NCBI GenBank assembly: GCA_964016885.1 | Contig: OZ024745.1 | Coordinates: forward strand, 2,046,001-2,110,000 | Origin: Eledone cirrhosa | Lineage: Eukaryota | Direction of reading: 5' to 3' | Length of the DNA stretch: 64,000 bases | Shown here: positions 58,701 through 64,000 of the stretch, one piece after another | Layout: each line of letters opens with the position of its first letter | How positions within the stretch are numbered: the stretch's first letter is position 1 | The notes under the pieces: generated by a model | Told to the model about the DNA's origin: nothing | Database searches by the model: none | What the model saw: the letters and a program-made list of their open reading frames with translations, nothing else | Program-made: the position numbers and the translations under genes

Positions 58701-61091
58701 CAGTGTGTTTCTATAGAAACAGTGTGTAACATGTATCACAGTCCCAGTATGTTTCTATATAGAGACAGTGTGTAACATGTATCACAGTCCCAGTGTGTTT
58801 CTATATAGAGACAGTGTGTAACATGTATCACAGTCCCAGTGTATTTCTATAGAGACAGTGTGTAACATGTATCACAGTCCCAGTCTGTTTCTATATAGAG
58901 ACAGTGTGTAACATGTATCACAGTCCCAGTGTGTTTCTATATAGAGACAGTGTGTAACATGTATCACAGTCCCAGTGTGTTTCTATATAGAGACATTGTG
59001 TAACATGTATCACAGTCCCAGTGTGTTTCTATATAGAGACAGTGTGTAACATGTATCACAGTCCCAGTGTGTTTCTATATAGAGACAGTGTGTAACATGT
59101 ATCACAGTCCCAGTGTATTTCTATATAGAGACAGTGTGTAACATGTACTACAGTCCCAGTGTGTTTCTCTATAGAGACAGTGTGTAACATGTATCACAGT
59201 CCCAGTGTGTTTCTATAAAGAGACAGTGTGTAACATGTACTACAGTCCCAGTATCTTTCTATATAGAGACAGTGTGTAACATGTATCACAGTCCCAGTGT
59301 GTTTCTATATAGAGACAGTGTCTAACATGTATCACAGTCCCAGTGTGTTTCTATAAAGAGACAGTGTGTAACATGTATCACAGTCCCAGTGTGTTTCTAT
59401 AAAGAGACAGTGTGTAACATGTACTACAGTCCCAGTGTGTTTCTATATAGAGACAGTGCGTAACATGTATCACAGTCCCAGTGTGTTTCTATAGAGACAG
59501 TGTGTAACATGTATCACAGTCCCAGTGTGTTTCTATATAGAGACAGTGTGTAACATGTATCACAGTCCCAGTGTGTTTCTATATAGAGAGAGTGTGTAAC
59601 ATGTATCACAGTCCCAGTGTGTTTCTATATAGAGACAGTGTGTAACACGTATCACAGTCCCAGTGTGTTTCTATATAGAGACAGTGTGTAACATGTATCA
59701 CAGTCCCAGTGTGTTTCTATATAGAAACAGTGTGTAACATGTATCACAGTCCCAGTGTGTTTCTATATAGAGACAGTGTGTAACATGTGTCACAGTCCCA
59801 GTGTGTTTCTATATAGAGACAGTGTGTAACATGTATCAAAGTCCCAGTGTGTTTCTATATAGAGACGGTGTGTAACATGTATCACAGTCTCAGTGTGTTT
59901 CTATATAGAGACATTGTGTTACATGTATCACAGTCGCAATGTGTTTCTATATAGAGACAGTGTGTAACATGTATCACAGACCCAGTGTGTTTCTATAGAG
60001 ACAGTGTGTAACATGTATCACAGTCCCAGTGTGTTTCTATATAGAGACAGTGTGTAACATGTATCACACTCCCAGTGTGTTTCTATATAGAGACAGTGTG
60101 TAACATGTATCACAGTTCCAGTGTGTTTCAATATAGAGACAGTGTGTAATATGTATCACAGTCCCAGTGTGTTTCTATATAGAGACATTGTGTAACATGT
60201 ATCACAGTCCCAGTGTGTTTCTATAAAAAGACAGTGTGTAACATGTATCACAGTCCCAGTGTGTTTCTATAAAAAGACAGTGTGTAACATGTATCACAGT
60301 CCCAGTGTGTTTCTATATAGAGACAGTGTGTAACATGTATCACAGTCCCAGTGTGTTTCTATATAGAGACAGTGTGTAACATGTATCACAGTCCCAGTGC
60401 GTTTCTATATAGAGACAGTGTGTAACATGTATCACAGTCCCAGTGTGTTTCTATATAGAGACAGTGTGTAACATGTATCACAGTCCCAGTGTGTTTCAAA
60501 TATAGAGACAGTGTGTAACATGTATCACAGTCCTAGTGTGTTTCTATAAAGAGACAGTGTGTAACATGTATCACAGTCCCAGTGTGTTTCTATAAAGAGA
60601 CAGTGTGTAACATGCACTACAGTCCCAGTGTGTTTCTATATAGAGACAGTGTGTAACATGTATCACAGTCCCAGTGTGTTTCAAATATAGAGACAGTGTG
60701 TAACATTTATCACAGTCCCAGTGTGTTTCTATATAGAGACAGTGTGTAACATGTATCACAGTCCCAGTGTGTTTCTATATATAGACAGTGTGTAACATGT
60801 ATCACAGTCCCAGTGTATTTCTATAAACAGACAGTGTGTAACATGTAACACAGTCCCAGTGTGTTTCTATATAGAGACAGTGTGTAACATGTATCACAGT
60901 CCCAGTGTGTTTCTATATAGAGACAGTGTGTAACATGTATCACAGTCCCAGTGTATTTCTATAAAGAGACAGTGTGTAACATGTATTACAGTCCCAGTGT
61001 GTTTCTATATAGAGACAGTGTGTAACATGTGTCACAGTCCCAGTGTGTTGGTTGTCCTGAGAGAAGGCAAAATATGAACAGGAAATAATTG

Positions 61092-61273
61092 TTTCTACTT
61101 TTGGCACAAGGCCAGCAATAACCCAGTACATTACTGGTACTTCATTTTATCGACCCCGTAAGGATGAAAGGCAAAGTTAACCTCGGCGGGATTTGAACTC
61201 AGAATGGCAATGGCCGTAACTCTATGCGTCAAAGCATGGCGTCCGACCCTCTACCGATACTGCCAATCCACCG
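61092..61273 (-). mobile_element. Degenerate tRNA-derived SINE resembling an abundant octopus/cephalopod family
   Basis: The minus strand reads an A-box-like TGGCAGTATCGG, then a B-box GAGTTCAAATCC, then GCCTTTCATCCTTACGGGGTCGATAAAATGAAGTACCAG, a central motif I recognise from invertebrate SINEs (Nin-like domain). Family assignment is from memory, not from a search. Confidence 0.75.
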
Positions 61274-61902
61274 ACAACAGGATTGTCTTGGTATTTGTCG
61301 TCTGAATTACAACGAGGGCTGAAAGGTTCATAGGATGTCTATGAAAGAGTGATGCTAGAGCTTTGAAATCTTGCATTCATTAATTTCAACTCTTCTTATC
61401 ACTAATAACTGCATTCTTTCGTTCTAGGGACTATATTTAAAAATAAACCTCATTTGGTTATTCCATGAGAGTATCTTGGTCAACCTATGAACTTTTGTAT
61501 GCAACAAAAATTGATATTTGGTGCCACATAGACAGTCACAAATGAAGTATGACTCTCAAAAATCAATTAAAATGAAAAGTATTTATCAATCGAGATCGAA
61601 AAAAGCTTCGATCCATGACATTCCAGTCTTGATTGGTTAATTGCATCAATTCATGGATATTAACGATCAAGCAATGTATTGTGCTTGTCCTCTTAAAATT
61701 GTAAAGTGTGATTTGAGAAAAAGAATTGGCTGCTATTTCTAGTAAATAGAGTGACTCTGTAGAAGCTCCCTCTTTAGATGTGCACATGTGAATTGTGAGA
61801 CGGTGAAGGTGTGTAAGCATGTATGTATGTGAATATAGTTGATTTGTGAATATGTAGTGTCTAGGATGTTCGACTTACAAAGGTCGTCAGTTCAATTCTC
61901 GT

Positions 61903-62176
61903 AGGTGCCTCATCATAGCCTAATGGTTGGATTGCTGGACTTCAGATCATAATATCGTCGGTTCGATTCCTGGACATGCTGCTGTGTTATGTTTTTGCAT
62001 TGCCCCAGGCACTCAGCTGAGACAGCGAGCACCAGCAATAGCTGGGGAGTTAATCCTGTGATGGACTAGAGTCCTGTCCAGGGAGAGTCTTGTACTCTTA
62101 GTTGCCTAACGCTAAGTAAACCAGGAATAAGGACCACCCTGGTGGACCTTTGGCTTAGAACAGATTTTAACTTTAA
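61903..62176 (+). mobile_element. Inner tRNA-derived SINE with a V-domain-like segment
   Basis: A-box TAGCCTAATGG at 61916-61926 and a near-perfect B-box GGTTCGATTCC at 61960-61970. The motif CCTGTGATGGACTAGAGTCCTGTCCAGGG (62055-62083) resembles the V-SINE-type conserved segment. A short TTTAAC-type tail lies at 62165-62176. Confidence 0.68.
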
Positions 62177-62260
62177 TGTGTATCCTTGAGCAAGACACTT
62201 TATTTCACATTGCTTCAGTCTACTCAGCTGGAGAAACAATGAGTTATAGTCTAACAGCCC

Positions 62261-62447
62261 GTCACACATTACATGACGTCACACATTACATGACGTCACA
62301 CATTACATGACGTCACACATTACATGACGTCACACATTACATGGCGTCACACATTACGTGACGTCACACATTACGTGACGTCACACATTACATGATGTCA
62401 CACATTACATGGCGTCACACATTACATGACGTCACACATTACATGAC
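62261..62447. repeat. 17-bp minisatellite (GTCACACATTACATGAC) x11
   Basis: Eleven full units start at 62261, 62278, ... 62431. Five of them carry a single transition (ATGGC x2, ACGTGAC x2, ATGAT x1). Confidence 0.97.
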
Positions 62448-62766
62448 ACACCGGGTCACGCTTAATATCTCTGAGAATTACATTATGGGTGACACATATT
62501 TGTGGAATGCTCAGTCAATTGCACGTTAGTTTCAAGAACAAGCTGTATTACAAGTATGACCCTTGAACCCTTAAACTGGATGGAAGATCTAGAACAACAA
62601 TATGTCTGATTTGCATAAATTATGAATATTATTTGCATACTCCAGGATATTCACAGGTCATGGCGAACTCTGGAAATTAATTAAACGAATATTTAAGAGA
62701 TTGGGGGGTTTTTTTACTCGTTCTAGTCCACAATTTCTAATTTCACATTAACTGATAACTGCTAAC

Positions 62767-62844
62767 TAATAATAATTATTATTATGACAACAACAACAAC
62801 TTCTAATAATAATAATAATAATAATACTACTAATAATAATAATA

Positions 62845-62881
<37 letters not shown>
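62767..62881. repeat. Compound trinucleotide microsatellite, (TAA)n with (ATT), (CAA) and (TAC) segments
   Basis: Directly visible. Confidence 0.95.
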
Positions 62882-62883
<2 letters not shown>

Positions 62884-62889
62884 TCCAAC

Positions 62890-63280
<391 letters not shown>

Positions 63281-63321
63281 GGAAAAAATGAAACGAAATT
63301 TCATTTCCCACTCTTCATACT

Positions 63322-63331
63322 TATATATATA

Positions 63332-63383
<52 letters not shown>
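63322..63383. repeat. (AT)n microsatellite with a short GT interruption
   Basis: Directly visible. Confidence 0.95.
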
Positions 63384-63385
<2 letters not shown>

Positions 63386-63564
63386 GATTCTGTTGTTATT
63401 TCTGTTTACCTTTTATATATATATATGATACCGCAATCAACAGAGGAACAAATAACAAATGATGGATAATAAATAAGCTGTGAATTATTAATAAATAGAT
63501 AAGTGAAAGCAAATGATGAATACTGATCAGCACTGAATAAATAACTGAATAAATAAATAAATAA

Positions 63565-63640
63565 GTAAATAAATGAATAAATTAATAAATGAGTAAATAA
63601 ATGAATAAATTAATAAATGGGTAAATAAATGAATAAATTA
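63565..63640. repeat. 28-bp AT-rich tandem repeat (GTAAATAAATGAATAAATTAATAAATGA), about 2.7 copies, built from TAAA/TGAA tetramers
   Basis: Units start at 63565, 63593 and 63621. Confidence 0.85.
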
Positions 63641-63758
63641 AAATTCGATATTAAGCAAATTAAAATTCAATAATTAAAAATAATAAATCTTGATAAAAAA
63701 AATTTGACAGTGATAATAATGAACCATATATCATGAATAACGTAGAAATATAGATATC

Positions 63759-63809
63759 TTCTTCTTCTTCTTCTTCTTCTTCTTCTTCTTCTTCTTCTTC
63801 TTCTTCTTC
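63759..63809 (-). repeat. (GAA)17 tail of the adjacent LINE
   Basis: Perfect (TTC)17 on the + strand directly abutting the RTE-like ORF end. Confidence 0.92.
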
Positions 63810-64000
63810 CTGAGAAAGTCGTGGGGCCAGAGTCCTCAAGCACTCCCTCCAGCAGGTCCTGTCACAAGCAACCGTCTCCAACTGGTCCGGCTGAATCCCC
63901 AAGTGAGACCAGCCAAGCTCATGAATGTTATCCAACCATCTTGCTCGGGGTCTACCTCTGGGTTTCCTGCCAGTTGGTTTTGCCTGTAAAATCTGTCCAG
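63759..64000 (-). mobile_element. 3' end of an RTE-clade non-LTR retrotransposon (Rex3/Expander-like); continues beyond the window
   Basis: The minus-strand frame is open from the window edge: GQILQAKPTGRKPRGRPRARWLDNIHELGWSHLGIQPDQLETVACDRTCWRECLRTLAPRLSQ. The GRxxRGRPRxRWxD...L...DRxxWR pattern is the characteristic C-terminus of RTE-clade reverse transcriptase ORFs, and RTE elements typically end in short tandem-repeat tails. Confidence 0.87.

Larger units (their letters stand above)
1..61049. repeat. Large tandem satellite array, 46-bp monomer (CAGTCCCAGTGTGTTTCTATATAGAGACAGTGTGTAACATGTATCA), about 1,330 head-to-tail copies; left end not seen
   Basis: Directly visible 46-bp periodicity from base 1 to the last partial monomer ...GTCACAGTCCCAGTGTGTT at 61049. 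Most monomers differ from consensus by 0-2 substitutions, with rare 1-2 bp indels. No inversions or foreign inserts noticed. Copy number is 61049/46. Confidence 0.99.
61846..62546 (+). mobile_element. Outer tRNA-derived CORE-type SINE, interrupted by a second SINE and by a minisatellite
   Basis: A decayed tRNA head (GTAGTGTCTAGGATGTTCGACTTACA...AGTTCAATTC, 61854-61898) is followed by no body. A CORE-like segment TGTGTATCCTTGAGCAAGACACTTTATTTCACATTGCTTCAGTCTACTCAGCTGG appears at 62177, and the 3' body ...CTGAGAATTACATTATGGGTGACAC...GTGGAATGCTCAGTCAATTGCACGTT...AGCTGT ends near 62546. It resembles octopus CORE-SINEs as I recall them. Ends approximate. Confidence 0.62.

Noticed and set aside
1-61049. 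CRISPR array or other repeat-spacer system
   Set aside because: There are no unique spacers. The whole 46 bp is repeated with only point variants, there are no cas-like ORFs, and the context is eukaryotic.
1-61049. Monomer variants as a combinatorial code or diversity-generating cassette system
   Set aside because: The variant order is explained by block duplications at multiples of 46 bp. No recombinase, RT template, expression site or reading frame is associated with it.
1-61049. Satellite-encoded hammerhead ribozyme
   Set aside because: The conserved core CTGANGA is absent from both strands of the consensus. Only GAAAC occurs, on the minus strand.
1-61049. Arrays of TATA boxes (TATAAA) or p53 half-sites (AACATGT)
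   Set aside because: TATAAAGA and TATATAGA miss the TATAWAWR consensus, and TAACATGTAT has two mismatches to RRRCWWGYYY with no adjacent second half-site. Nothing else supports a regulatory role.
4323-61131. Cys/His-rich ORFs (HWDCDTCY..., CFYIETVCNMYH...) as zinc-finger or metallothionein-like genes
   Set aside because: They are translations of the satellite. Because 46 is not a multiple of 3, every frame meets stops within each 138 bp, and ORFs of 60-70 aa appear only where a variant or indel removes a stop. There is no 28-aa C2H2 period or TGEKP linker.
61910-61975. tRNA gene
   Set aside because: A and B boxes are present, but I cannot form a convincing cloverleaf or acceptor stem, and the sequence continues into a SINE body.
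61563-62269. ORFs 61563-61820 and 62066-62269 as genes
   Set aside because: They are short, have no recognisable domain, and the second lies antisense across SINE sequence.
62261-62447. Common origin of the 17-bp minisatellite and the 46-bp satellite (TGTGTGACGTCATGTAA on the minus strand versus TGTGTAACATGTAT)
   Set aside because: The similarity is short, gapped and low-complexity. The 17-mer is more simply explained as a local expansion within the SINE.

Overview
This window is eukaryotic repetitive DNA with no credible host gene. Bases 1-61049 (about 95%) are one uninterrupted, head-to-tail array of a 46-bp satellite, consensus CAGTCCCAGTGTGTTTCTATATAGAGACAGTGTGTAACATGTATCA, about 1,330 copies by length. 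Rare variant monomers show that the array is organised into successive domains of nested higher-order duplications: about 2.4-2.5 kb x3, 5.3 kb x2, 0.55 kb, 3.9 kb, 1.47 kb, and 4.55 kb x2+ with 11- and 14-mer sub-units. It then passes into an unstructured terminal zone and ends abruptly at 61049. The last 3 kb holds a tRNA-derived SINE on the minus strand, a SINE apparently nested inside a CORE-type SINE, a 17-bp x11 minisatellite whose junctions create seven perfect TGACGTCA (CRE) sites, AAT/AT/GT microsatellites, and the 3' end of an RTE-clade (Rex3/Expander-like) LINE with a (GAA)17 tail. The SINEs resemble, from memory, abundant octopus/cephalopod families, so a cephalopod origin is an inference only. 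All ORF-track entries except the last are translations of repeats or non-coding sequence. I see no CRISPR array or novel protein-coding system; the interest lies in satellite architecture and transposon-derived structure.
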